64,000 bases of DNA from Azolla caroliniana (lineage: Eukaryota > Plantae > Polypodiophyta), in NCBI GenBank assembly GCA_043228905.1, contig JBHGNT010000021.1:2604001-2668000 (forward strand), in the 5' to 3' direction. Of the stretch, positions 26,814-38,756 are shown in pieces. Numbering within the stretch: position 1 is the stretch's first letter; each line of letters opens with the position of its first letter. The position numbers were made by a program, and so were the translations under genes. Below the pieces are notes generated by a model. The model made no database searches. It was not told the DNA's origin and worked only from the letters and a program-made list of their open reading frames with translations.

Positions 26814-29800
26814 GGAATTGTGTCGCCACAGCAACAGGGCAGGTCGTTCCGTCGCCACGGTAAAGATTTATTAATTAATTAAGTCATGAGATTAGCAACT
26901 GATTATGCTAATGACATTCAATTGGGGGGTAGGTTTTTGCAAGGAGGGGGGAGATTAATGAGTTCGTTTAGTGAAGCAACGATATTAGTGGCTAATTACA
27001 TTTAATTAAGGGAATAAAGTGCACAATGGCCCAACAACTACAGTTACTAAAACTAATCACAAGCACTAATTAATTATGAGATGAAGGAGGAAATTAAGAC
27101 GTGTACTAGTAGTAGTAGTAGCTTGTGAATTATCTTGTTTAACTTTGGATTAAGACTCGAGATTAGCAACTAATCACATATACGGCGATAACACCTTACG
27201 ACTCGAGATTAGCAACTAATCACATATACGGCGATAACACCTTACGGCATGATATATTGAGACCCATGATAACTCATTAGGAGCCAATGGTAGAGACAAA
27301 AGGGAATGTTCGCACAAAGGAAGTAGGGACACGCCGATTGAAGTTCCCCTAGCTATGCCTATGTCAAGTTGTACGCGCACTTTGTACATGCCTATTGATC
27401 TATGTCCTTTGTGGCATTGTAAATGTGGGCCTCTGAATTAACACTCCACGTCGATAAAATTCTATGCTTTAATTGCTAGCTACAATGCGAGATTAGCAAC
27501 TAATCACATTGATTCCACTAGGTCCACAACTAATCAAAGGCCTTCAGTGAAGACGAAAGGAATGCTATACAAGATTGTTGTTTGGAAGAGGGAAGGTCTA
27601 GCGACAAGTCTAGTGGAGTTCTCCTTAGGCCTACCGTATGTGTGCACACTTTCCAATTGCCTATTGTGGGTTCTCTACGGCATGCCTTTCAATATCAAAC
27701 CCCACACTTCTCTCATCCTCATGGTCAACTTCTTCGGCCTCGTGCTAGAGTTTGTCTACATCGTCGTCTTCCTCACTTGCGCTTCCAAGCATATGAAGGT
27801 AATTCGTGCTGTATAGAATGTGTTGTTTGTTGCTCACCTAGTGATTTTCGATATTGGTTTTAGCTTGAGTTCATGTCAACTTCATAATCTTCAACATTTA
27901 CATTGTTACCAATAATTAGAGGCTAAGTTACCCCTTCGTTTTGGCAATGCACAACTAATTGTTGTATATTGTGACCAACCATATTCAATAATAGTTTTGT
28001 ATCCATATTGATATCTATGATCACCATTAAACCCTTTGACTTCAATTTAACAAGGTTCTAATTACCTCTTAATCTTAGGATTACAAGATGGTTTAAGGTT
28101 CATAGGTTGGAAGAAATAAGTTACAGTTTGGGGTATATATTATCACTTGATTGCTTGTTATTTTTTAAAAGGGCAACTAATAATCATGCTTGATCAATTT
28201 TGTACCATTTGCAACATAGGGACAAGATCTTGTCATGGCTATGTACATGCGTAAATCCACAATGAATTAAAATATTCTTGTTTAAGGATTTGTGGTTTAT
28301 TCTTGATTCCCTTGACAATCTTCAAAACACAAGTAATTTACACAATGTATCTCAAACAGAGTGGCCTGGCCTATTTCAAGCCATTTTCTAGTTGGTTAAG
28401 GTCCCACCTAAGACATGTAAATTTAATACGTTTGCACAACCCTATGCATGAGATCATTTCTAGCTTAATGAAGACCACAATGCATAAACTATCTAACAAC
28501 TTTCATGTTCCACAGACATTGTCTTTTTAGCAAGGTTTATCATTTTAGAGATGAATTCATCCTAAGTCGTAAGATTAAGCAACATTATTGATTACCTCTC
28601 CAACTTACTAATAAAAAAGGGTCCATGGATTATTTTTTATTGTGACTACTTCTTACGATTACTCCATGAGAGTTCAAGGTTTATCATTGATCCTCTCACT
28701 CAATATTGATTGATGGTCTCTTCCTTAAGACTATATGGTTGATTCTCTATCTCTCAATATTAGCTTGAATATGGGTTATTAATATCGAGTTAGCATTGTA
28801 GGTTAGCCTCCCAAAGCACTTGAGTGAGGGCAAATATTGTATTAGTGAGACCCCATAGATTAAATTTCTTGCCACCCCTTTCCCACACCAAGATGCCATC
28901 AAATGCTCTAACCATTGCTTCAACATCCATCGTGACAAACCATCTTTGAATGTTTGAGCTTTGGCTTATCCGTTTGCATAGTCCAGTCAACATTATAGTC
29001 TTCTACCCAAGAAGGTAACCACTTCATCAATCTATTCAACTAATGATCTAGGGGTGACATAAGTTACACTGTTGTCTCTAATGAAGAGGCATCTATAGCT
29101 TGTTCCTACTACTTTTAAGAATCAAGATTGTAGTCTTTAACATTGAGCAGTAATCAAGAGATCAAATAAGTCAATAGGTTGTCCAAATGCCACATAATTA
29201 TCAATGTTGCTAAACCATATATTTGGTGTGAAGTTGAAAGTTTTATATATGCTTGCCCAAAGTTTTTATAGTGTAGAAAGAGGGATGGAATTCAACCCTT
29301 GGAGTTTCACATGATTTTAAAAGCATGATTTCACATGTAATGTTGTTGATCATTTGAGAGCGCAGATACAAATGATGAAGTGGATTCTAGCCGTGGTGTT
29401 GGCATATTCCCTAGTGATTCTCGTTGTCTTGTTGGGCCTCCAATATACACTCACAATGCGTCAACTAGTTGTTGGGTCAATGTTTGTCCTCTTTGCAATT
29501 GCCATGTATGCTTTCCCCCTCTCTATCATGGTAACATCTCATTCTCACCCACATATCTCCATCTAAATATTATTTTCAAGTGAAGTAATCCATATATTAG
29601 TCAGTGTATTTGACTTTTAGAACTTGCACTCAATGCTCAAATCATAAGATTCTAGGAATGGAGCATCAAGTTTATTGCCTTGTCAAAGTTAATTGGCATT
29701 TTTGCATGGGTACTCATACAACAAATATTCATTGTCCCCAAAATATAAATGTTCGCTGATTTTGATAGGGAATAGTGATAAGGAGGGGAAATGTGGAATA

Positions 29801-30831
29801 TATGCCATTATTACTCTCGATTTTCAATTTTCTCAATGTTGCGGCATGGTCATGCTATTCCATTGTCACCAGGGATATTTACGTGGCGGTAAGGCATTAT
29901 CTACTACCTAGAATGATAAGATACCAATGAATATCATTTGTCAAACAATAATCAATTAAAATTTGTGAACTACGTGTGTCTTGCATTGATCTATTGTTGT
30001 AGATAACTTTGGTAATGAATTCTGTGTTTGTTGAGTATTCTTGTTATTATACATATAATTACACATGACATACCACTATATCCATATTGATTCTTAGAAT
30101 ATCGTATTATGAATATTTGCTCATTCACTAGTGACAAAAACTCTTTATGCTTAATAACTCGTATGCCATGTATGAAAGATTCTCACATTCATCTAGCTTA
30201 TGTACATTCACCTAGAGTCAAATTCAATACTTAATAGTACGCTCTTTAGTGTATCCACATGAAATTGAATTTATCTCCTTTATTATTCATGTTTCCTTGC
30301 CTATGGGAAAATAGCATTGTACATAGATATTGAAGATATGTACTTCGCTATAATTTACTCTTGAAAACTAAAGGGATTATGAAGAACAATAAATCTGCCT
30401 AAGCTATCTTTCTTGTAAACCTAAGAAGAGCATTAGTTGAATCAACAAGTTTCAATAAACTAGGTGAAGTCACTTGTCATGATGTCATCAATGCGCAAAA
30501 AGTAGAGTGCACTAATATTAGTGTTGTACTACATCATAAATTTTGAATGGGATTGACAATGATCATGAACTATCTGAAAATGCAGATACCCAATGGGTTG
30601 GGATGCTTATCAGGGATAGCACAACTAGGCTTATACATGGTGTACAAAAGGGATATGCCCAATATCAATCATGAGCAGAAAACTACCAATCATCAACAAC
30701 AATTGGTGATGCCAATATGGAATATCCATGCCTCAAAAACATCTCTTGCACCCCACACACACCTAGGTCAAATGAACATTCCTCCCATTAACAACAAGAA
30801 TTGCAACCACACTATCCACAACAATGTTTGA
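26814..30831 (+). CDS. SWEET: SWEET/MtN3 sugar transporter with divergent N-terminus; exons ~26814-26859(?), 27522-27798, 29366-29530, 29769-29888, 30586-30831; first exon not identified
   Basis: Motifs EFSLGLPYVCTLSNCLLWVLYGMP, VNFFGLVLEFVYIVVFL, MYAFPLSIM|GIVIRRGNVEYMPLLLS, FLNVAAWSCYSIVTRDIYVA|IPNGLGCLSGIAQLGLY. Intron positions match the conserved SWEET layout, including the 120-bp penultimate exon. The putative short exon reads GNCVATATGQVVPSP (acceptor ag at 26812-26813, donor gtaaag at ~26870; true end ~26869 minus the offset is uncertain). It may be a pseudogene. Confidence 0.8.
27155..27247. repeat. Perfect ~45-bp tandem duplication
   Basis: gactcgagattagcaactaatcacatatacggcgataacaccttac occurs twice. 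Confidence 0.9.
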
Positions 30832-31440
30832 GCCATGACGATGACCTTTTTGGAATTTTGTTTTCTTTAGGTCAAAGGGGCCATTGTAATGTTTGTAATT
30901 TCCAAACAACTTCAAGAGGTTTATGAATCATCTCTTTCTCCATATAATAGATTTTACTTTTGACTAATCCATTTATTAGAACACGAAAATTAACGGGAAA
31001 TTAACATATTTGAGTTTGAATTAGAATTAATGTCATGAATGCAACTTATTATTGTGGGCTTATTTAGTTTAAAACTCAAGGTTTATCAACCCATCAACAA
31101 ACCTAGGTCAAATTATGATTAGAATACTATAGATATTCGTAGGAAGATTCTCAAAATATCAAATCTTCATAAGGATGGAATTGACTTGGTGAGCAAAACA
31201 TTGGTGTGATGATATAAACTGTTCGATGGGCTGAGATCCCTCAAGGTGGGTGCCGATCACAGGGCTTTACATGAAGGCATGCTCATACATGCTGAAATCA
31301 TGTCTTACACAAGATGGGTTGGGGAAGGATAGTCACTTCCTTTCCATCTATTTTGCATTTTGTAGCTGATATGCTTTTTAAAACTAATGGAAGGATATGT
31401 TTTCTGGAAAAAAAAAACATTGGTGTGACGAATGCATGCT

Positions 31441-31758
31441 CACCATTTCTATAGTTAATTTTAATGGGTCATGGCCCATGGGTAATGATATTTAGGAAAT
31501 TGGTTATCCTAAGAACTAGAACTTGCGACATGTGGGAACACATAGTGATATGGGTTGTTGAGCTATATAAAGGGGACCAACTACCCCCTTCGTTAGGAGA
31601 TCTTAAGACACTATCGAGACTCTATTGGTGAGGCTAAGCTCTCAAATCTCTACGTGTTCCCATATGTCATAGGTTCATATGGGTTTGTCATAGTTCTTAG
31701 GATAACTAGTTTCTTGACTATCCTACCCTTGGCCCATTAAAATTTAGCTTAGAATTGG
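31441..31758. mobile_element. MITE-like foldback element with ~105-bp imperfect terminal inverted repeats
   Basis: Left arm aattttaatggg...gaaattggttatcctaagaacta...gacatgtgggaacacatag. Right arm ctacgtgttcccatatgtc...tagttcttaggataactagtttc...cccattaaaatt. No ORF, and no TSD resolved. Confidence 0.7.
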
Positions 31759-31985
31759 TCCATAAGGTTATACCTATAACAATTGATGGGGCTAATTGGA
31801 TCTATTTGGATTTGTTATTCAACTATTGAGGTATAACATAAGGTAATATTTAGTTCTATTGGACATCATTGGTATTTCATATTTGTCTCATGTCCTTCGC
31901 CCAAAGGTGGTTAAGCACCCTTAATTCTTCATTGTTCTCCTTAATCTCTTTTTCTTTTTCTCAACAAGTTCTTACAAGCTGTTAA

Positions 31986-34900
31986 TTGGCGTCATGGGAG
32001 AGATTATGTTTCATGTTGAGGATACAATATGCTTGGCACCTCCCTTCATTTCATAGACTTAGTGACTCATTACAGTATTCTAGATCAGATAGGCATCAAT
32101 TAGGGGTTAATCTACCTCGGCTAGATAGGATATATGTAGATGATTATTTTAGTGATATTGGAGGAGAAGTTGGGATTATTGGGGGTTCTCTATTTTCTGA
32201 CCATGCTCCGATGCTTTAGAAGTTGGTTAGGATTTAAAAAAATAGGTTTTCTACTAAAATTCCTATATCCTTCTTTTCGAATGATATTTTTAGAAGTCTA
32301 GTGTTGGGTATATGGAATTATGAGATGGGGGCTCAACTATCTAAAGTTGCTAAGGTGCAAAAGGCTTTGTATTTAATTGCCGAATTTTTTAAGGATAAAG
32401 TGTTGTTGCAATTACAAGAGGCCAAACAAAAGATGTTAGCTTCTAGGAGGACGATTGTTGCTCTTCAAAAACTTCAGGAGAAGAACCCACGGGCTTTGTG
32501 GGTTGGAGCTAAATTGCATCGAACACGTACTGAGATGCAACAAATTGAGGATGTTATAGCTCAACACAAATTTTGTGCATCCTCGACGAAATGGTCTCAT
32601 CTTGCAAATAAGGTTAATGCTGAGTTTTTTTGTGTAAATAAAATTGGCCGTACTAAGAATGTAATGAGGCAATTAGAGAGGGAGGATGCATCATTAACAT
32701 CGGATGATGTTGAAATGAGGAGAATTGCCTCGGACTTTTATAAATCCTTGATAACCTAGCAATCATTTACGCATGAGCAATTGGCCTTAAGATCTACATT
32801 ATGGTGTGTTATGAAGAAAAAAGATAATGTTTCTATGGCTAATAAATTAATAAAACCTTTTAATGTTCATGAGGTGTATGCTGCAATTACGGCCTTAGGT
32901 AAGAATGTATGTCCTGGCATCGATGGTTTTCCTCCTGAATTTTTTCTTTGCTATTGGGATCACATTGAATCAGTGTAACAGAAGCGTTACAATAGGTTTT
33001 TACTTTGGGTGATATGCCTTATCAATGGACTGCATGGTTAATTTTTTTGATTCCTAAATTGGAGGGGGTGGTAGTTGACATTAAGAAGTGGCGGCCGATA
33101 ACTATTCTAAATACTATCTACAAGATCTATGCTTTAAACGTCCTTGCTTTATGTATGCAACCTTTATTAAATGATATTATTCATAAATCGCAAACGGGTT
33201 TTATGCAAGAGCATTCTATTTTTTATAATATTTTCATGTTCTGGGAGCTTACAACTTTGGCAAAAGAGAAGGATGTTGACCTAGTGGTGTGATTGTTGGA
33301 CTTTGAAAAGGCATACAATAGAGTTGATTGGTCTTTCCTCGCGGAAGTTATGTTACAACTAGGATTTCCAATGGCTTGGGTAGTTGCAGTAAGAGCTTTG
33401 TATAATAATGCGTCTAGTTCCGTATATGTGGCGGGAGAAGTTGATGCTCCCTTCTCTATTTCAAGGTCGGTTAAGCAAGGATGCCCATTGGCCCCTTTCC
33501 TATACTTATTAATAGTTGAGGCTTTTTATGTGTATTTTAATAATCATGCCTTAAGGATTAAAGGGTTGCAATGGGGAGTCGATAATAAGCAAGTGCTTGA
33601 CAATGAATTTGCTGATGATATAACTTTATATGTGGATGGGGAGGAAAATAATTTGCGTAATGTTCAATGTGTGGTGCAAGAATTTTGTGAGCTATTAGGT
33701 GTTATTATAAATTGGAATAAATCCATTGGAATACGAATGAAGAATAATAGAGTTTCACATTGGTTGCCCCATCCAGATTTTCAATGGCCTCAACATGGGA
33801 TGTCAATACGATATCTTGGTTGTCAAATTGGCGTTGATATTACTCATGATCAACTTATTGCCCCTTTGTTGATGTCATTGAAGAGGAAATTGTTGTTTTG
33901 GTTTTCAAGACATCTATCATTGGCTGGAAGAATTGTAATTGTTAATCAAGTGTTTCTATCTTCGATGTGGTATATCCTCTCATCTTGGTCGTTTTCAATA
34001 TCTGTTCTCTCTCAGATACAAAGGCTTGTCCGCAATTTCTTATGGGGTGCATCTGATGCAAATACAAGATCTAAAGTTGCGTGGAAGGTAATAATATCTC
34101 CTCCTCATGAGGGAGGATTAGGGTTGATAGACCCAATGTTTCAATGTAGAGCATTACTTGGGAAATTTGTTGTGAGAAGTATGTTGCTAGGGAATGAGCC
34201 ATGGAAATTGTTACTTCATGAATGTATGAAGGAATTGGTTCCATGTAGAGGTGGACATCGGAAGCGAAATGTGAGGTGGTGGTTTGTGCACAAGGATATG
34301 CCTTTGACTTCTATTTTTACTTCAGATAAATATTTTAACTATTTGTTAAGATCTTGGAAATGTTTGTTGCCTAATCTTGTGCATAAACATCCTATATGGG
34401 AGGACGAGTGGAAATGGCAACCAATTTGTTGGAACCCCTTGATTAAGGATGATTATGGTAATATGTTAGGAAGAAGGACAAGATTAAATTGGGCAACGGT
34501 TGATGAGACATTTGCGGCTAATGTTGGTACTTGGTTAAACTTTAATCAATCCTCTAGGGATGTAAGGAACAAATTTTCAAATCAATACGAGGTGGTACTT
34601 TAATGTTCCAAGAGATAAGTTATGCTTGTAATAGGATTTTGCCCTCTTCTTTTAATTCAAACCATGTATGGTACATGGCATTCTCTTCTTTTAATGTCTT
34701 GATTGGAGTAAGAGCTTATACATCTAATGAATCCTTCGTAGCATATATAATAGTTTCGGAGGGAAAATTGCAATGGGTCTCTACGGAGGATGACCTTCTC
34801 AAATTAATGGAGTGGAAACCTATTAGTGTGGTTGCAAAAACAGGGAAGGTATGTATTATTGATCCCCATCCTGAAAAAGTAAACCCTTTCTGGAAATGGT

Positions 34901-35709
34901 TAAATAATAGTATTGGCATTTTGGAAATGGTTGTGGGCTCTACGAATTCCTCACAAAATCATTACATTTAGATGGTTGTGTGTCCACTATGCACTTCCAG
35001 TCTTGGAATGGATGCATAGGGAAGGGGGAACCAAAACTTGCTCTTTTTGTGGGCTTCACTTGGAATCAATGCAACATGCCTTATGGAACTGTATTGTTGC
35101 ATGTTCTGTTTGGAAACATATGTTGTGTCTCATTGATGTTGCATATAGACCTAATGTGATTTCATGGGGAAATGTCTTTTGGATGGACGTAAATGTGGAT
35201 AAACATAATTATGAAAGGGAAAAGATATCGTTTACCCTTCAAACTAGGGGAAGGCAAGTTAAGGACATACCATACTCAAGCCCAAATCGGTTGAATGTGG
35301 ATGCCACAGTATGGGCTACAATATCGTCGGTGGTTCTATGGAATATTTGGATAGGTTGATGCCAAAATGTGTTTCAGCAAATAAAGCAAAATCTTGTTCA
35401 TTGTGTGAAGGAAATTTGGTTGATGCTTATCTCAATTCTAAAAGGTCAATATGACTCCTTCACGGGTAATGAAGATATGATTTTTCTGAAACAACAATCC
35501 TTTAAAGGCAAATGGAAGGATTTGTTAGTTTTTGTGGAGAGAAATGACAAAATGGAAGGGCAATATGTACCCCCTGCGATGGTTGTTCCCTCCATAGGTG
35601 GAGGTTGGTTTCAATTAGGACATAATGGGGGATATCTTACCCGCCATTAAATTATATCATTATAGGCATGTATTTGCTTATTGCATTGGTAATGGAAACT
35701 ATGGTGTAG

Positions 35710-35710
<1 letters not shown>
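31986..35710 (+). mobile_element. L1-type LINE ORF2, 5'-truncated pseudogene
   Basis: Endonuclease C-terminal motifs RLDRIYV and SDHAP. RT motifs PGIDGFPPEF, WRPITILNTIYKI, LDFEKAYNRVDW, VKQGCPLAP, FADD and RYLG. Also KVAW...GGLG and a zf-RVT (CSFCGLHLESMQHALWNC). Multiple stops and frameshifts. Confidence 0.92.

Positions 35711-35772
<62 letters not shown>
35711..35772. repeat. (TA)n microsatellite at the LINE 3' end
   Basis: Seen directly. Confidence 0.95.
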
Positions 35773-35775
<3 letters not shown>

Positions 35776-35999
35776 AAGACAACATTTAAATTTTAGACTT
35801 CTAGCATGTTGTCATTTCATTCTCAACGTCTCTATTGGCCTTTCTTTAAATATAGTAGACTTCATTGCATCATTTGAACTATGCGAACTACACCATATCC
35901 CTTTGGGATATTATTGTGTCAATTGTTTATTCGCATATTCTTTGTGGCCATTGCTCCAAAATTTGTGGCGAGGAAAAGATTTCTTATTTGACAACACAT

Positions 36000-37690
36000 G
36001 GTTGATAATTGTGGTGCACAACTAGCAATGTTTATCATAGCTTGAAGGTGTCACTTACATGGCACATTACTCGATGTTAAGATGTTGTCAGACGTTAGAC
36101 ATAAGCTGAGATTATCATATTTTATTTAGCATAAAAGTGTTTATTTTATAAGAAATAGTGGATGAATAGCCTTTGGGCTATTATATCACAACTTTGGGCA
36201 TCATTAATTGAATAAAGTTGTGCCCTCAATGTTCCCCAATTGCACCATCCCGCATTGATGCAAATGTGAGCTAATTTATATGGAGGCAACAATTCATATG
36301 ACAAAATGATGGGATCTAGCGTTTACGCATCAAGGGAATTATTTGATGCACTAGTATAATGTGTGAAACATGTGCCACTACGTATCTCCCCCAAGTATGG
36401 ATACAATCCCCCTCTAGATTAAACCAAAATTGCGAGTAGGGTGCAACCCCAAGATCCCATGGTTGGCATGGAAAACAAATTCCATAACTCTTCTCATATT
36501 CCAAAGTATTTCTTATTTATTACACTCCATTCAAAACCTAATATGAAACTTTTGAATCTTGTTTATATGGTTCTAAAGTTATTGCAACCATCAAATTTGA
36601 CATCGAGAATGAATTCAATAGCCCTTTCCATGCCCAAAATCGCAATGGGGAGTGATATGGTTGCAAGAAATAGGTGCACAAATGACATTTTTATCTTGAT
36701 TTCTTCTTTTGTCATATGCAAACACTCTTGGATATTTTTAAGAACTTTGCAAGTGAACTTAGAAATGTTAGAACCTTATATTTCAACCCCCATAAAGAAG
36801 CACCAAGTGTCACTCCAGTGTCAAAGAGGCTTTTCATAATGAGAATGCAACATTTGATTTTTCCTCTATTGTATCTGATCTCAAAACTCATAGTAAGATA
36901 TATTTCCCCCTTCTAAGCAACAAATAGCACATTCAACTCCTTTATGTTTGTAGGGAACCACATGCCAATTTATTCAAAGGTTTATTTTTTCTTTTTTTTC
37001 CAAAATGAAGCTACTTTCCCATTAGTTAGTTAGGATTATTACAAAGAGACTGTACAAGGAGGCTTAAACATAGATCGGGGAATCTCCCTCCGATCAAGTT
37101 CAAGAATTTGAGACTAGTTACATCGCCTTTCGGACTAACTACTTAGTATAAGTACCTACAGCTAAAACAATGCCTTGCAGTGATGGCTAGTACGAGACAA
37201 CTCTTGGGGTTGACAACAAAGGGAGGGTGGTAAGTGAGCCGGAAACAGCTTGCGTGGGGGCTGGTAGTTCCACCTCGGGCCACTTCCTCTTGTGTCACCA
37301 TAGGCGTGTTCCGCCATTTCTGTCAAAAGCGCAAACGGGTAGTACCCACGTCAAAGGAATGGCTGCAAACCTTGTCCAATTGCCCTCATAGGCAGCTAAT
37401 AAACGCAAACCATATGTCCATGATCACTTCCTCTGAGGGCTGTACCAGATCCTGGAAGACCTTTAGGCAACGTGCTTTCCATACATACCATAGGGTGAAG
37501 CTTGCGATCAACATCCAAATGTCCAGGAATCTAGGGGATGCAAACTACAAGCCTCTCTCAAATCGAATCTTGGCGATTTTTCCTCTCATGCATATGTAGC
37601 ACCAACTATTCACATTGAAGGCGTCCGTCCACCTATCAACAGAGTGATCAAGCCATGCCGCAACACTCCATTCGAAGGTTTCTTTTGTTT
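36000..37690 (-). mobile_element. Highly degraded LINE remnants
   Basis: Minus-strand traces resembling L1 RT motifs (YLG near 36390; an SIRQ-type segment near 36690). Weak and judged by eye. Confidence 0.35.
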
Positions 37691-38113
37691 TAAGTGGCTA
37701 TATTTTATGCATAATGCATGGGTTTATCCTTACATTAGTCCATCACAAACATAGCCAATGTGACTTACTATGCATGCCATAATTTTTCATGAAGACACTT
37801 GTATGCTTTTTGCTAGAAAATTTTCTCGGATAGTATTTCTTCATTTGCTATAAAGTATTTGCTAAATAAAAGCATAACTTTGTACATAATCATCTCATTT
37901 GTAAAATTTTATAACTAATGGAAGGAGTTTTTTTTTGGAAAAATAAAAAAAAATAAAAGCACAACATCACTTACACTGAAAAAAGCATGGTAATTGCATT
38001 TCCAACGATAACATTGTTGATGCCTCTTGATATTCACAAAGTCATCAACCAATTGGTCTTGATTATTCATCTATGGAAAAACCAAAGGGAGAGTTGGACT
38101 TGGACACACACGA

Positions 38114-38370
38114 CAAACATCTCAAACATTCTTGTAGATGCACGAAAACAAGCAGCACATGTGTAGATATAGTCATGCGAATATGTAGGTATTCTCAAAT
38201 GTTTTGAGGCCTTCCATATGTGTCTCCAGAGATAATGATCTACTACAAGCATATCGAACATTCTTGTCGATGCAAGAAAACAAGCAGCACATGTGTAGCG
38301 ATTCACTCGGATATGTCGATATTCTCAAATGGTTCGAGGCCTTTCAGATGTGTCTCCAGAGATAATGATC
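38114..38370. repeat. Tandem duplication, ~131 bp x2, upstream of MPC1
   Basis: aacattcttgt.gatgca.gaaaacaagcagcacatgtgtag...tattctcaaatg.tt.gaggcctt.ca.atgtgtctccagagataatgatc occurs twice. Confidence 0.85.
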
Positions 38371-38756
38371 TTCCGGGTCGTGTCTGGCGGAGATTAGAGA
38401 AAGAGCTGTGGTAGTTGAGCCTTGAAGCCAAGACCATTGGTTTAGTACTCTAATAACTTAAGATTAGCAAGGTAAAGGTTTATACAAAAAATGAGAAGAA
38501 AGAGAGAGAGAGAAAGAGAGGATGGGGGGGGGGGGCAGATTTGTAATTTCTAGAGAAATAGGAGGCCACAATTGTAAAGGCAGAAAAGTGCTCAATTTCA
38601 TTAACAGAAAAAAGAAGAAGAAGAGAAGGAAGACGACAGGCAGGAGCTTTCTTCCTTCTTCTTCCTCCTCCTTTCGATCTACCTTTCTTTCTTTCTTCCT
38701 TTCTGATTCATTCATTCGCTCGCTCTCTCGTTCAGTTTCTGTTTCTGAAGCTCGCC

